Positions 25,901-40,900 of a DNA stretch of 64,000 nt are shown here, in pieces. Under the pieces are notes generated by a model. The model did no database searches and was not told the origin of the DNA. It saw only the letters and a program-made list of their open reading frames with translations. The stretch is taken from assembly GCA_030704615.1 (NCBI GenBank), contig CM060734.1:27776001-27840000 (forward strand), written 5' to 3'. The stretch is from Takakia lepidozioides (Eukaryota; Plantae; Bryophyta). Position 1 is the first letter of the stretch. Each line of letters begins with the position of its first letter. The translations under genes were made by a program, and so were the position numbers.

Positions 25901-28900
25901 GTACGGATCTGCTATATGGGTTGATAACTCCAACCAGGGTAAGTCTCTAGAATCCATTCAAGTGGGGGTGCTTAAGGAGTGTATGTCAGCATGCTCCAAA
26001 ACAGCCAATGTGGCTGTTCGGGGTGAGTTTGGCATTCCGTCCTTAAGCTCCCGACGAGATGAATTCAAGGTCAGATGGTGGGGTCAGCTGCAACATATGC
26101 CCAACACCAGATATCCTAAGTTAATCGACTCTATATCTTGGAAACAGGACCGCAGGCTAAGTCCTGGCAGAAGAGAGTAGAAGAGATTCTCAAGGTCCTG
26201 GACCTGGATCCGCAAGTCTTGACCCTGCTGGATAAATCTGATTTAGAGGCTGTAGTGTCCTCAGCCATGTCTGTTGCCATGAGATTGTCTGATGAAAATG
26301 AAGTTAGGCAGAAAACCTCCCTGAACTTGTTTCCAGTCAGTGACATGGGGGAGGACATCTTGGATGACCTGAAGGGTCTCCCCACTCTCGGCACTAGACT
26401 GAAATTTAAACTCAGGGCAGGAAGCCTACCTTTGAACAGCAAACAGAAGCAGAGAGGAAAGGGAGAGTGCAATTGCCCATTGTGTGGGCAATCTGAAGAC
26501 AGTATTCATTTTCTGATACACTGTCCGGGGTTCTCTCACCAAAGAGACGCTCTCTTCAACTCTATCAAGGGAATTGTGCCTGTACCCTATTTACCAACTT
26601 TGAAAGTGTCGAGGCTGAGCCAAAAGCCCAGGCCCTCCTGAGGCCTAGTTTTTGGGCAAATCACACACAGCTTGTGTGAAGGGATTTCCAGAGGATATCT
26701 GGAAAACCCGGATTAATTCTTTATATGAAAGTAAGTCTTACTACCAACGTCAGCCCCTGACAGAGGTAGGTTCTGTCCCTTTTGTTCCCGCTCAAACTGG
26801 GCGCGGGGTCAATGGCCACAAGGCTACGGCAAACAACGTCTTATGAGTACAATCTCTGAGAGACATACAGCATTCTTTCTGGTTTCGTCTTGTTATGTTC
26901 CATGTGACTTTCCTTCATGTTTTGTCCTGGTGCCTTTGTTTTCATCTTTGAAAGCTCTTTTATACTTTGGATGTGGCTATGCCATTTTATCTTTGGTGAA
27001 CTCTCAAATGTGAGTTCAGATTTTTCTCAGATTGATATATATATTCTTGACTCCCCTTTCTCCAGTTAAGATCTTGGTACATGCAGTATCATTGGCCATA
27101 AAAGAGTTAACAAAATTGTGTTATTCTGCCAGGGCAGGAAGGTTAGATCATGTGTGTAATGGCAAAGTATCACAGTGTTGAGTACATTCTGAAAGTTAAC
27201 CTAGACTCGGTAATTCCATTCTCAGCTGGGCCAAACTAAGTATTTAATATCAATGAAGATGAGGTGCTGTCCTTCACAAAGCTTTACCTTAAACTGAATC
27301 TTCTTCCTTTTTGTCATCCAGTGCAAGCACTGACGGACGGGTCATCATCCGCAATATAGCAGAGGGGCGCGCAGAGGATGGCAGAGTTTTAATCACAGAG
27401 CAGATTGTGCTGGCTATGCAATTTGTTGGTGACTGGGTGTCATCTCATCCCCTCCTTCGCTGGAATTACCATACACAGGTGTTTCCAACTGAAGTCCAAA
27501 TTCTTGGATGACCCTGCGGAAGATTGCTGGTCCAATTCTCATTGTTTAGTTGTGAGATTGATGTTTGATTTGGGACTTTCTCAGATCTGTCTCTTTTCTC
27601 TGTCCTCTCTCTCTCAGCCTTGGGCTCTGGACCAAGCACCTGGCTTTTTAAATCATTTCAACTCAAATATTTCTAAACCCAGCCAAAGCTAGGACACTTG
27701 CAATATATCAGCTGCGATCCAAGCTGACATTGTTGTGGTTGTTGTTTAGATGTGGCGTGAAAGCATGCGGCTTTCGCATCATGTTTTCTGACAGAGAGAA
27801 AGAAGATTTTCAAAGTCTCTTGTCATATTGCAGGACTTTTTGGTGGTGGCTGTCGGGAAGTATGTCTTGACCATTGATGTAAGCAAGGTGCGGCAGGCGG
27901 CTCCCCCTGGGGGTTTCAACACGGATCAGCCTTTGGTGTGCCATGTGGAGAACCCGTTGGAAGGGATAAATGTTGTAGGCACTCATGATGAGGATGTTGC
28001 TGACCTATCGATTCCTTTCTTTGTCTCTGACCGCATTGCATCAGCCTCCCAGGATGGCACGGTCTCTCGTTCTCTCTTTCTTTGGGCTTTCTGTGGACAT
28101 TCTAAAGTTGTTTTGGGTCCTGTGGAAATAATGATCTTCTCCATCTTCGGCTTCAGCTTCTACTTGTTCCTACTTTCTTTCTTCCTTTCTTCCATTCTTT
28201 ATTTCCTTCTTGCCTGTAGGAGCTGGCAACAGCTGATGGCACCTGGATCCAAATAATATAACAGGCTGGGCAGACTGACATTGTGTCACAACCTGCTTTT
28301 TCAAAGTCATGCATTGATATTTCAATACCACAGTAGGTGGTCTCACATTGGTCACTCTGATGTAGCATCTCACCTGCACAATTTGGTATGGGAAACCAAA
28401 TTTGACTTACATTGGAAGCCCAACCATGCAAACTTGCACCCTACACAGGGTTATCCGAGCAAATGCAGAATGGGAAAGAACGTATCTTGAATATAACATC
28501 TGCAACAGTGACGGACATAATTCCTAATGGGAAGAGACACAAGCTGTTCATGTGACGAAATCTAGGGTTCCACCGCTGATTTTGTGGATTGCTAACCGGG
28601 TTGTATGGCATGTGCTGTGATGAGATGTCAGGTGCGGGTATGGGGAGAGAAGAATATAAGCCCCTTATCAGTTTTTACTCCACATCAAGGAGAGGCTGTG
28701 GGTGCAGTAGCCTTTCTTTCAGCACCACATCGCCCCGAGCTTTCTGTTTTGCTTACTGCGGTATCATTCATTTCATTCTCTTTCTGTTTAGTCTCTCATC
28801 CAGTAATGTGTCCTGAACACGCAGAGCAAACTTGAAAGTTGGACCTCACATCTTTGGAAGGGTAGAGAAGGTCCATGTTATTTCTAACTGGGTTCGAGCT

Positions 28901-31900
28901 GAGGCAAAGAGAAGTGCAGTCTGAAAGTCAAGCCTACTTTCGCACTGCATTAACACAGAAAAAGATTGAGCAAGACAGAAAAGAAGAAAGGAAATTTACA
29001 GTGGGCTGAGAATGTCTAACAATGACAGAGGGAGAATGGAGGATAAGAGGGAGGGAAACACATCATCGTTTCAGAAGTGTGGGTTGCGGTGGCAGGGACC
29101 TCTGAACCGGGAGTTGAAATTATGGGCACCAGATTCAACCTCAAGGACTGGCTCTATGATGTGGCAGTGTATTCAGACTCTGGAGTTCACGAGTTCAGCT
29201 GCCGATGGCAAGCTGGAGACTGCGTTCTTCAACCACGTGCTGGTTGCCTCACGAGCAAGCCTTATCCTGGTGGCAAATTCTAAGAGAAATGCAATCTACA
29301 CAATACACTTTGAGTTTGGGGCTACTCCAGTCACAGCACGGATGGACTATGTCACTGAATTTGCCGTGACGATGCCAATTCTGAGCCTCATGACAACAGA
29401 GGAGACGGTTACTGAAGGAGGGGAAGGCATTGTACAAATCTACTGTGTACAAACACAAGCCATCCAACAGTACGCCCTTAATATGTCACAGTGCTTGCCT
29501 CCCCACACTGGAGAATCCATTAGATCTCCAAGTATCCCAGAAAAACATTCACTTGAGCTGCAGGCAGCAGCCACCACCAGCACATCAGCTTCTGCACCTG
29601 TTGAGAAGATGGTGACCAGTGTGGTAACCAAGGCCAGCATGACTGTGACTGCAGTCGGTGGTGTTTCAGTTGGGTTGACTCCAAATGTTCCACCAGGTCT
29701 CCAACAACTGTCCTCAGGGGTTGGTAACCGGCTCGACAGTGGTCACCGTTACTCCATGAATGTGGCAACAGAGATGATCAAGTCGAGCACTGTGACACCT
29801 GCAAAGGAGTTGAAAGATGAACCAGGCAATTTATCATTTGTTACTAAAGCAGCCGCCCAACCTGTATCTGACCAGGTAAACCAACCTTCAACCATTCCAG
29901 TTAATCAACAGGTTGGCCAGTCAGAGGTGGCATCTGGTGTCCCACCAACAACAAGCATTGGAGCACTATCTTTGAGGAGGCATTTGCTGCCAAAGAGCCC
30001 ACCAAACACTGCTGTTCAGCGGTATGTCCCTGTGTCAACTAGTCTTGTGCAGCAGGAGTCTGAGGAATTAGAGTCCCAGGAAAAGCGGGGGTATGGGCCT
30101 GTGGACAGTGTTCATTCAAGGCAACCATCAGACAAACTGGAGGGGTCAGGCGATAGCTGCGTGGATGCTGCACAAACAGCAACAGAAGCTCACTTTGCTT
30201 CTTCATCGAGCAGCAATTCCCTAGGAGAGGAATTGCTTGACAAAGAAAATAGGGAGGGGCCTTCAGGGGCAGTTCCCACCAGTGCAAGGCCTAGCCCCTC
30301 ACAGAAACAACCTGGTTCTGATCCTCCCCACTTGATTACACCTTCAGAGCTTATGTCTCTCGCAGCACGCTCAATGATGTCTGAACCTGACAGTGCCCAC
30401 ATCACAAGCATTGTGGAGGAGCCAATGAAAGCAGAGGAAAACTCTGGAGAGACAAGAGTAGGCCAAGATGAAGGGATCATGAAGGATACTGATGTGATGA
30501 TCATATCCAAGGAGATAGACATGTCCAAATCAGAGACTGGAAATCCTGAAGTGGAAGTTGCATCAGGCGTCTTTTCTAAACAGCCCGAATCTAGTCATAA
30601 ACTGCAAGTAGGAGTGAGTATTGAGTACAATGCAAAAGATTCACAGGCGCTCACTGATAACCTGGCTACCTCTGAGTTTGCATTGTCAGAAACATACATA
30701 AATGAGGAAGTCCAGCAGGCTCATGAGGTAGGCAGTTTTTGGCCCATGGATTTACCTGATGATGGCATGCAAGAACATTTTAGAGAGAGGATTTTGGATG
30801 ATGGCAAACCAGGTGCTGGGGTCCATGCCATGCCAAATCCGGCTTCCACATCTGTGAAGGGTAGGAGGAACAAGAACAAGGCCAATGGAGGTGGGGTTGG
30901 GATTACGACAACACCCCTGGCCTCATTCACACACCATACTGTCACACAAGCCTCCTCCTCGGCAGTGCCACCAGAGGTGGAGACCAGCTCCAATTTGAAT
31001 GCAGGTCATTCAGGCTCTGGGTTGGCTGCTCATGTGGCTTCAATGCAGGACTCTCTCAACCAAGTAAGTGATCTTCTGTCTTTTATGCACACGTAAATAT
31101 GTATACACATATGTCTCTCACATGCAGAGCCTGTTAGCAAATGAAGGAATCATATGTAACCTAGCTGTTGGCCTTCAAGGTGGTTTAGTAATTCCTTCAT
31201 TGGATTCAAAAGGTGATTTGCAGCATAGTCCATAATGGGAATGCAGAATTCAAAAGGGCTGGTGAATTTACGCTTGTTTCGGCATGAGTCAACCTTCTAC
31301 AAGGTAACAAAGATAATATGTGGGCGTCTTCCAACATGAGATTCAAGCATACACTAGAAATTGAGTGTGACAGCTCTCAGAAGTAAAGTGACGCAGGAAC
31401 TTACCAATAAAGTACTTCAATGGAAATGTCTCCAGTTGATTACTATGCAGAACGAATTGCAGAAGCAGATGGCAGTAATGGTGGCAGTGCCAGTTGCAAA
31501 GGAGGGGAAGCGCATGGAAGGTATGATTGGTGCTTTTGGGCTCATTTTCATAGTCGATAGGTTTGTATTTGCGTACTGTTTACAACTGTGACTGGAAACA
31601 TATCAACCTTCCCACTAGCCATGTAAGGCACGTTGATTAATTTTTTTTGACACGGGTACTAACAGACAGGTTCCATGGTCTATTACTATTACGGTAAGAT
31701 TCAGCTGGGGGGTGGGTGTTGCAATGCTTGATAATCTGTGCTAGTTACAATTTTCCTTTTTTGATGTTGGCATAGTATTTAGTGTCACAGCAAGGACCTG
31801 AGATGATCACGCTTCTATTCAGGAGACTACTTGTCAGCAAACAGTGGACTTTCCATATCGTTAAGGAGAACCCGTGCAAGTCTAACTTGCAGTGTTCCAC

Positions 31901-34900
31901 AATAGCAATATCAGGGTGTTGGGTTTCTTCTCTCTGGCAGTCATCGTGTAGAAGGATCTGGCCTGCACTGGTTGGTGAGTGTAGGGGTAGGTGGTCATCT
32001 GGGGTGACTGGATTTTCCTGATTTTGCTGTACCAAGCGTTCTCCTTCAATTCACTGTCCTCCCTTTGTCTTAGTGAGTTTTTCCTTCTAGTGCCTTTTGC
32101 AATAGTCAGCAGCTGCCATGCACAGGTGGATCTCGTAGTCGTTTCCTTCTGTAGCAGTTTGATTTGGCTGCACTGTATTGTTTCTGAAAATCGTAACTCC
32201 TCTGACAGTGACTATGTCAATTGTCTGGGATTGTCGTACAGAGTACCTCACTGTGTGGTCTTGCTGCAGGTGCACTGGGTCAACGGATGGAGAAAGTCCT
32301 GAAAGCACATGTGGAAGCCATGTGGGCTCGCCTGGCTGAGGAGAATGCCAAGAGAGAGAAATCAGAGCGTGAAAGAGTGCAGCAGGTAAACAGTCTATTG
32401 AGTAACTTTGGGAGCAAGGATATGCCACTTGCCTTTGAACGTGTCTTCAAGAAGGAGTCTGTGGCGCTTGGTCCTGTTGTAAGCCAGGCAGTCTTGCCCC
32501 AAGTCCAGAAAGCGATATCAACAGCAGTCATAGACACATTTCAGGTAGATGTTAAACCTCTCTTTTTCCCTGTAACCTCTCAGGCACACTTCTACAATAG
32601 ATAGGTTTGTTTCTTCCTCTGCAGGAGACTATTTGATAAGGGAGTGTACCCATCTTTTCATAGACTGCGTAAGCAGTCGATTGGAGATTTTGAAACTTTC
32701 AGAAATCTCTTTCGATTTATTTTTGGTCCATCAAGCCCTTGAGCTATGGCTTTCTGAATGAACTCTGGAAATCAAAATGAATGTCATTGAGAATGGAGTT
32801 CCCCCCACTGGAGTGAGCCTTCAGCTTGGTAAGGGCCCCATCCTACTTTCCTTCTCTTTTGGCACCCTTTCGGCCTCCATTCTGCTGTCTGAATTTGGTG
32901 AGGCTACTGCCATAAGGCTATTGCAAGCAAAGTCTGATGCTTGCATGAATTATGAGCCAACGCTTGAGCTTGGTGGTTCCTGTTGTTCTACTTGTGTTCC
33001 TTGAGCCCTTAGGGCCTTCCAATTTTCTTCCTTCGTCTCCCATCATCTCTCTTTGTCTCTTGTTCCATATGCAAAAGGCTGGCTTGCGGCTGGGCACTTT
33101 CAACTTCTCGGGGTTGACTAACCATAGGAAACAATTTGAAGTGCGACAAGTTCTTCAGTCAAATGGTATTCATATTTGTGCTGGGCAAGAGACATGGGAA
33201 ACTTCGGACAAACTGGTTGGAGATGTCAACGGCTACCGCTGGTTTGGCAAGATGTGTGCGCTTAAGGTGACCTCTGCCAAGCGTGGGCAAAAAGGTGTTG
33301 GCTTCTTTGTCCGAGAGTTCTTGTGTGACAATTGTGAAATATCAACAAGGATTTGCGGTATAAGCACAGTATCTGGCTGAAACTGAAATTGAAGGGCAGC
33401 GTGAGTAGGAAGGACCTCTTTGTGGGATGTGTTTACATGCCCACAGAGGGGGTCTTCACCAGGATGATATCATCGGACCTTTTGGTGACGACGAGCTGAA
33501 CTCTAATGGAAGACGGTTAATTAAAGAGCTTCAGCTTTTGACCCTGAACAATAGGTCAAAAGGTGACCCGATGCAGTGGACCCGTGAGAAAGCCCAAACT
33601 GGGGAACGATCCTTTGTGGATTATATCATAGTGGTCAAGAATCTGTTTCCCCAGTGTGCCAATGTGTTAATTGACAGAACTGATATTGGTACCTCTGACC
33701 ACTTTCTGGTTTGGACTGAGATCAAAAGGTGTTTCCCCCACACCAAGAGATCTGTGAAACGTTCGATCCAGAAGTGGCGCATTGAAAAATTCCGAAATGA
33801 AGAGGTCAAGGCTGAGTATGTCCAGGCCTTGCAAGAGGCTCTGCCCAACTTTGTCCATTCGCTCCAAGACCTTCAATCTCGCGCTGGCAATGCAAGAAAT
33901 GAAGTCGAAAGAGCGGTGGACTCTTGGGAGAGTTTCGTCTCTTCTGTGGCTGAAAAGATCATTGGGAGGAAACTAATTGTCTGCGGTAGAGCTGTTAATT
34001 GGTGGACCAATGAGATCAAACTCAAGATTGCCGAGAGACGAGCCCTCTATCTGCAGAATGAAAGCCAATAATGACGGGTTAGGTACTACCAGCTCTGCAA
34101 AGATATCAATCAGCTAGTAAGGTCTCAGAAGAAACTATATTGGGATAAGTTATACGGGGAAATAAACTCAAACCACCACGGTGGTAATGACAAGAAATTC
34201 TGGTTGGCCCTTCAACGTCTGTACAAGCCGAGAAATTGTCAGCAAGTACAAGCGCTGAGGACCCCTAAGGGTGCAGTGGTGACTTCAACGGCTGACATTG
34301 TCAACACCTTTGAAACCCACTACAGTACACTTGGCAGAAATTCTAGTTCTAGCAGCGAGGGGTTTTCTGAAGAATGGAATGACACAGTAGAAAGAACTGT
34401 GTCTATGATTCAAGACAGCCCTGATGAACTGGAGTATATTTCAAAGGGTTATAACGCTCCCATTAGTTCCTCTGAGATTGCGGAAGCAATTGAGCATCTA
34501 AACGGATACAAAGCTGGTGGCCCTGATGGCATTGTCAATGAGCTTATCAAGCATGGTGGTGACCCTATGATAGAGGCCCTTGTTCTTCTCTTTAACCTTA
34601 TATGGAGGACTGAAATTACCCCCTTTCGCGGCGGCAGGGGGTCATTGTCAATTTATATAAGAAAGGTGACAGAGAAGAGCCGGGTAACTATCGGGGCATC
34701 ACGCTTCTTAATGCAGTTGGCAAGATATTCTCGTACTCGTCTCGAGGTTGATCTGGAGTCCAGAGGTTGTTTCCATGAAGGCCAAGCTGGCTTTCGGCGA
34801 AACAGGGGCTGCGTGGATCATATCTTCACACTCAGCCAGATTATCCAGGGAAGGAAAAATCAAGGGAAACCTACTTTTGTCTTTTTCCTGGATGTCAAAA

Positions 34901-37900
34901 AGGCCTTTGACACTGTGTGGAGAGACGGTCTATGGCTCCGACTCTGGTCTTCCGGGATCAAGGGAAAGATGTGGAGAGTGGTCCATAACTTGTATGCTCA
35001 CACTAAAAGCTGTGTCACTGTAAATGGACAGAAGTCTAATCTCTTTGACATAGACCAAGGTGTAGCTCAAGGATGTACCCTCTCCCCTCTGCTCTTCAAT
35101 GTTTTCATCAATCAACTACTGTGGATGTGGAATGTGAGGGATTTGGGGGGTGGTTGATGCCACCATACCAGCCCTTATGTTTGCGGATGACTTCGCAGGC
35201 ATAGGGGAGACTCCTTCCAACCTCCAGGGGCTGATAGATTGCGTGAAGAGATACTTTGATCTTTGGGGGCTAGCGGCCAATGTCAGTAAATGCGCAGTGG
35301 TGGCATTCAACGACCGGGGGGAAGGAGGAGGCGATCTCAAGTGGCAGTGGGGAAGCCAAAAGATCCCTGTTCTCCCCTCCTACACCTATCTTGGCGTTGA
35401 GTTTTCCTCCAACTGTAATTGGGAAGCACATATTCAAAGAGTGGTTCAATCTGGCAAACGCAAAGCGCTGGGTCTCACTAAATTTTTCCACTGCAGAGGG
35501 ATCAACTCTGAAGTCAAAAAAACCATGCTTTGCCGCGTTATCAGGCCGTTGGAGTATGCATCTGCTGTATGGGTTGATAACTCCAACCAGGCTAAGTCTC
35601 TTGAATCCATCCAAGTCGGGGTGCTCAAGGAGTGCATGTCAGCATGCTCCAAAACAGCTAATGTGGCTGTTCGGGGTGGGTTTGGCATTCCTCCCTTAAG
35701 CTCCCGACGCGATGAATTCAAAATCAGATGGTGGGGTCAGCTGCAACGTATGGCTAATACCAGATATCCTAAGTTAATCGACTCTATATCTTGGAAGCAG
35801 GACCGCCCTGTCAAACAGGCTAAATCCTGGCGGAAAAGGGTAGAAGAGATTTTCAAGGATCTGAATCTTAGTCCACTAGCCATGACCCTGCTGGATAAAT
35901 CTGGCTTAGAAGCTGAAGTTTCCAAAGCCATGTCTATTGCCAGGAAATTGTCTGAAGAAAATGAAGTTAGGCAGAAAACTTCCCTGAACCTGTTTCCAGT
36001 CTGTGACATGGGTGAGGCCATCATGGATGACCTCAAGGGTCTACCCACCCTCGGCACTAGACTGAAATTCAAACTCAGGGCGGGTAGCCTACCTTTGAAC
36101 AACAAACAGTCGCAGAGAGGAAAGGGGGATTGTAAGTGCCCGTTGTGTGGGCAACCTGAAGACAATATTCACTTCCTGATTCATTGTCCTGGGTACTCTC
36201 ACCAACGGGACACCCTCTTCAATTCCATCAAGGAAATTGTGCCTGTACCTCTGTTTAACAACTTTGAAAATCTTGAGGCTGAGCCAAAAGCCCAGGCCCT
36301 TTTGGGGTCTAGCTATTGGGCATATCACACACATCAGATTGATGCTTGTGTGAAGGGATTTCTAGAGAATATCTGGAAATCTCGGATCAACTGTTTATTC
36401 CAAGGTAAATCATACTACCGGCGTCAGCCCCTGACAAAGGTAGTTTCTGTCCCTTTATGTTCCGTTCAAACTGGGCGTGGGGTCAATGGCCACAAGGCTA
36501 CGGCAAACAATGTCTCATGAGTACAATCTCTTGTCCCATAAGCTCTTAGTGCTTCCTGTGGACATGGGGGTAAATGTGAGAAATGCAGCCGTGGTAAAGG
36601 TGGCATGTATATTGTATATTTACCACAGTTGCAGTTTCCTGAATCCTCCAGTGGTCACCGAAGGGCACTTCATGCTTGAGGCCAGTCAGAGTTTGTTCCC
36701 TATTAATTTTTTCCAATCAAATGGCTGCAAGGCTTCAACATCTATGTAGTGACAAAAGATTCTTGTCTGTACGTGATCGGCTCTTGTTCCTGCATGAGCA
36801 ATTCATCTTCGGCCGTCGATCAATGTTCCCTGAAGTGGTTTCTTGTTGCTCCACTTTATCCTATGGATCCTCACGCCCCCCCTTTGGATGTTATAAGTTC
36901 CTCTCTTCTTTTCTTTCTCTTACTCTTCTCTCCCTGTCCTCTAGGAAGCCTATTGCCATTGGGTGGACTTGATACGGGAGTACATTAATGTCTCTGTGAC
37001 TAAATGCTGGCCTTGTGACCTCGTGTCTTTGTTTGTTTCGACCTGAAGTGCTTTGCTCCAGGTAAGGTAGTGCATTGGATTTAGTTGGAAAGCTTGGGGC
37101 CTTTCCCTCTTTAGAATATGCCTACACGGGCCATTCCCTGCAACTCCTGGAGTGTGATCTCTGAATGGTAACAAGCGGACCCCTACCGCTTGGGGGCAGC
37201 CCCTCCGCCCAAATTGGGCAGTTGTATGCTCTGTCTAGCATACTTGGCACTTGGGCTAGGGTTGGTCCTTGTGCTTAAACTTATGGCCTACGAAAACAAT
37301 CATTAGATTACCTACTGTCAACAGCAACACTCCCCAGGGTGATTCCTGGGAATTGGTTACTCATGCCAAATCTAGGGCTTCATGTGTAGTTTTTGGGGTG
37401 AATCCCAGGATGGACGATGTGTCCTTTAAAACTACATGCTCTAGCTTAGGCTTGGATTTCATGGCCAATGGCTCCATCTCGAGACTTGATAACAGGGGTA
37501 CTTTGAAGGTTGCAATGCCCAAAAATGCTTCTAATAGAGTCTCACATCAACTCAATCTCAAAGAAGTTCGTCCCTTGACTGGCTGGAGGGCGGTTTTAGA
37601 CATCGGTGATTCAATGGGGCGCTCTAGGAAGCCAACCAAGGGCGGGGACTTCAACTTGAGAGTTTCTAATCGGTTTGATGCTCTGGACGAGGTCGAATCC
37701 AAGCAGCCTGACGGACAATCTGCCCATAAGTGTACGGAATCTGAACGTCGTGTATCTGAAGGATTTGGTACTCTGAACGGTTTACCAATCCTCAAAGTTT
37801 CCAAAATCTATACATGGGGTAATTGTCACTAAGCAGTCAGACGGACAACTTGTCCCTAAGTGTGCGGAGTCTGAACGTCGTGTAACTGAAGGATTTGGTA

Positions 37901-40900
37901 CTCTGAATGGTTTACCAATTCTCAAAGTTTACACAAGACGAGCAAAATCTACACACGGGGTAACTGCCCCCCCTTTGCAGAACGGTTGGCCGTCCAGGAG
38001 CAATCTTAAGCTACCTAGACGACAAACAATTCACATGCAAAGGGCTGGCTTGCGGCTGGCCACTTTCAACTTCTCAGGGCTGACTAACCAAAGGAAACAA
38101 CTCGAAGTGGGACAAGTTCTTCGGACTAATGATATTCATATCTGTGCTGGGCAAGAAACTTGGGAAACGTCGGATAAACTGGTTGGAGATGTCATTGGTT
38201 ATAAATGGGCAGGTAAGATGTGTACTCTCAAGGCAGCCTCTGCCAAACGCGGTCAAAAAGGGGTTGGATTCTTTGTCCGTGATTTCTTGTTTGACAATTG
38301 TGAAATTATCAACAAGGGTTTGAGGTACGAGCATAGTATCTGGCTAAAGCTGAAACTGAAGGGCAGCATGAGTATGAAGGACCTCTTTGTGGGTTGTGTT
38401 TACATGCCCACAGAGGGGACCCTTAGTGCTGATGCTGACAAAGCCTTCGAAGATGTAAAGCTAGACTGTGCTTCGTTCCTTGCCAAAGGTCAGGTGATTT
38501 TATTGGGTGACTTCAATGCCCGGGTGGGTAAAGGTCTCCATCAGGATGATATCATTGGGCCTTTTGGTGAGGACGAGCTGAACTCTTATGGCAGACGGTT
38601 AATTAACTGTCTGGAAGAGCTTCAGCTTCTGGCCTTGAACAATAGGGCAAAAGGTGACCAAGTGCAGTGGACTCGTGAGAAAGCCCAAACTGAGGAACGT
38701 TCCATTGTGGATTATATCATAATGGACAAAAATTTGTTTCCCCAGAGTGCCAATGTGTTGATCGACAGAACTGATATTGGTACCTCTGACCACTTCCTGG
38801 TTTGGACTGAGATCAAAAGGTGTTTTCCCAACACCAAGAGATCTGTGAAACGTTCGATTCGGAAGTGGCGCATAGAAAAATTCCATAATGAAGAGGTCAA
38901 GGCTGAGTATGTCCAGGCCTTGCAAGAGGCTCTTCCTCATTTTGTCCATTCGCTCCAAGACCTTCAGTCTTGCGTAGACAATGCAAGAAATGAAGTCGAA
39001 AGAGCAGTGGATTCTTGGGAGAGTTTCGTCTCCTCTGCGGCTGACAAGATCATTGGGAGGAAACTAATTGTCTGCGGTAGAGCTGTTAATTGGTGGACCA
39101 ATGAGATTAAACTCAAGATAGCTGAGAGACGAGTCCTGTATAAAGAGTGCTGCAATTTGAAAACCAACAAAGAATTGTGGGCGAGGTACTACCAGATCCG
39201 TAAAGATATCAATCTGCTTGTAAGGGCTCAGAAGAAATTATACTGGGACAAGTTATACAGTGAAATAAACTCAAACCACCATGGTGGTAATGACAAGAGA
39301 TTCTGGTTGGCCCTTCAACGCTTGTGCAAGCCGAAAAGCTGTCAGCAAGTACAAGCGCTGAAGACTACTAAGGGTGCAGTGGTAACTTCATCGGTTGACA
39401 TTGTCAAAACCTTTGAAACCCACTATAGTATCCTTGGCAGAACTTCTAGGTCTAACAGTGAGGGGTCCTCTGATGAATGGAAGGACACAGTTGGTAAAAC
39501 TGTTTCTATGATTCAAAACAGCCCTGATGAACTGGAGTATATTTCAAGAGCCTACAACGCTTCCATTAGTTCTTCTGAGATTGTGGAAGCAATTGAACAT
39601 CTAAATGGATATAAAGCAGGTGGTCCTGATGGCATAGTCAACGAGCTTATCAAGCACGGTGGCGATCCCATGATAGAGGCCCTAGTTCTCCTCTTTAACC
39701 TTATCTGGAAGACTGAAATGATCCCCTTTCGCTGGCGACAGGGGGTCATTGTCAATCTATATAAGAAGGGTGACAGAGAAGACCCGGGGAACTATCGTGG
39801 CATCATGCTCCTCAATGCTGTTGGCAAGATATTTTGCAGAGTTATAAGTACTCGTCTCGAGGTTGATCTGGAATCTAGAGGTTGTTTTCACGGATGCCAA
39901 GCTGGCTTTCGGCGAAACAGGGGCTGTGTGGACCATATCATCACTCTAAGCCAGATTATCCAGGGAAGGAAAAAAGAAGGGAAACCCACTTATGTTTTTT
40001 TCTTGGATGTCAAAAAGGCTTATGACACAGTGTGGAGAGATGGTCTATGGCTCCGCCTCTGGTCTTGCGGAATCAAGGGAAAAATGTGGAGAGTTGTCCA
40101 CAACTTGTATGCCCACACCAAAAGCTGTGTCACTGTTAATGGACAGAAGTCTAACTTCTTTGACATAGACCAAGGTGTAGCTCAAGGATGTACCCTCTCC
40201 CCTCTGCTCTTCAATGTTTTCATCAATCAACTCCTCGAGGATGTGGAACGTGAGGGATTTGGGTTAAGGGTGGGTGATGCCACCATTCCAGCCCTTATGT
40301 TTGCGGATGACTTGCAGGCATAGGGGAGACTCCTTCCAGGAATTGATTGATTGCGCGTAGAGATACTTTGATCTTTGGGGGCTAGAGGCTAATGTCAGTA
40401 AATGTGCAGTGGTGGCATTCAACGACAGAGGAGAGGGAGGCAGTGATCTTAAGTGGCAGTGGGGTAGCCAAGAGATCCCAGTCCTCCCTTCCTACACATA
40501 CCTGGGCGTTGAGTTTTCCTCCAACTGTAACTGGGATGCGCACATCCAGAAAGTTGTTCAAACTGGCAAGGGCAAAGCGCTGAGTCTCACTAATTTTTTC
40601 ACTGCAGAGGGATTAACTCTGAGGTCAAGAAAACCTTGATTTGCCGCGTTATTAGACCTGGCTTGGAGTACGGACCTGCTATATGGGTTGATAACTCCAA
40701 CCAGGCTAAGTCTCTAGAATCCATTCAAGTGGGGGTGCTTAAGGAGTGCATGTCAGCATGCTCCAAAACAGCCAATGTGGCTGTTCGGGGTGAGTTTGGC
40801 ATCCCTTCCTTAAGCTCCTGACGAGATGAATTCAAGGTCAGATGGTGGGGTCAGTTGCAACACATGTCCAACACCAGATACCCTAAGTTAATCGACTCTA

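Larger units (their letters stand above)
20759..26852 (+). mobile_element. Full-length RTE/RTEX-like LINE (single ORF: repeat region, APE endonuclease, RT, Zn knuckle) in VCS intron 2
   Basis: APE motifs (ATFN, GQET, GDFNA, IVDY, SDH), RT FADD, CPLCG..E..IHFLIHC; 15-bp TSD TCTCTGAGAGACATA at 20744-20758 and 26853-26867. Confidence 0.95.
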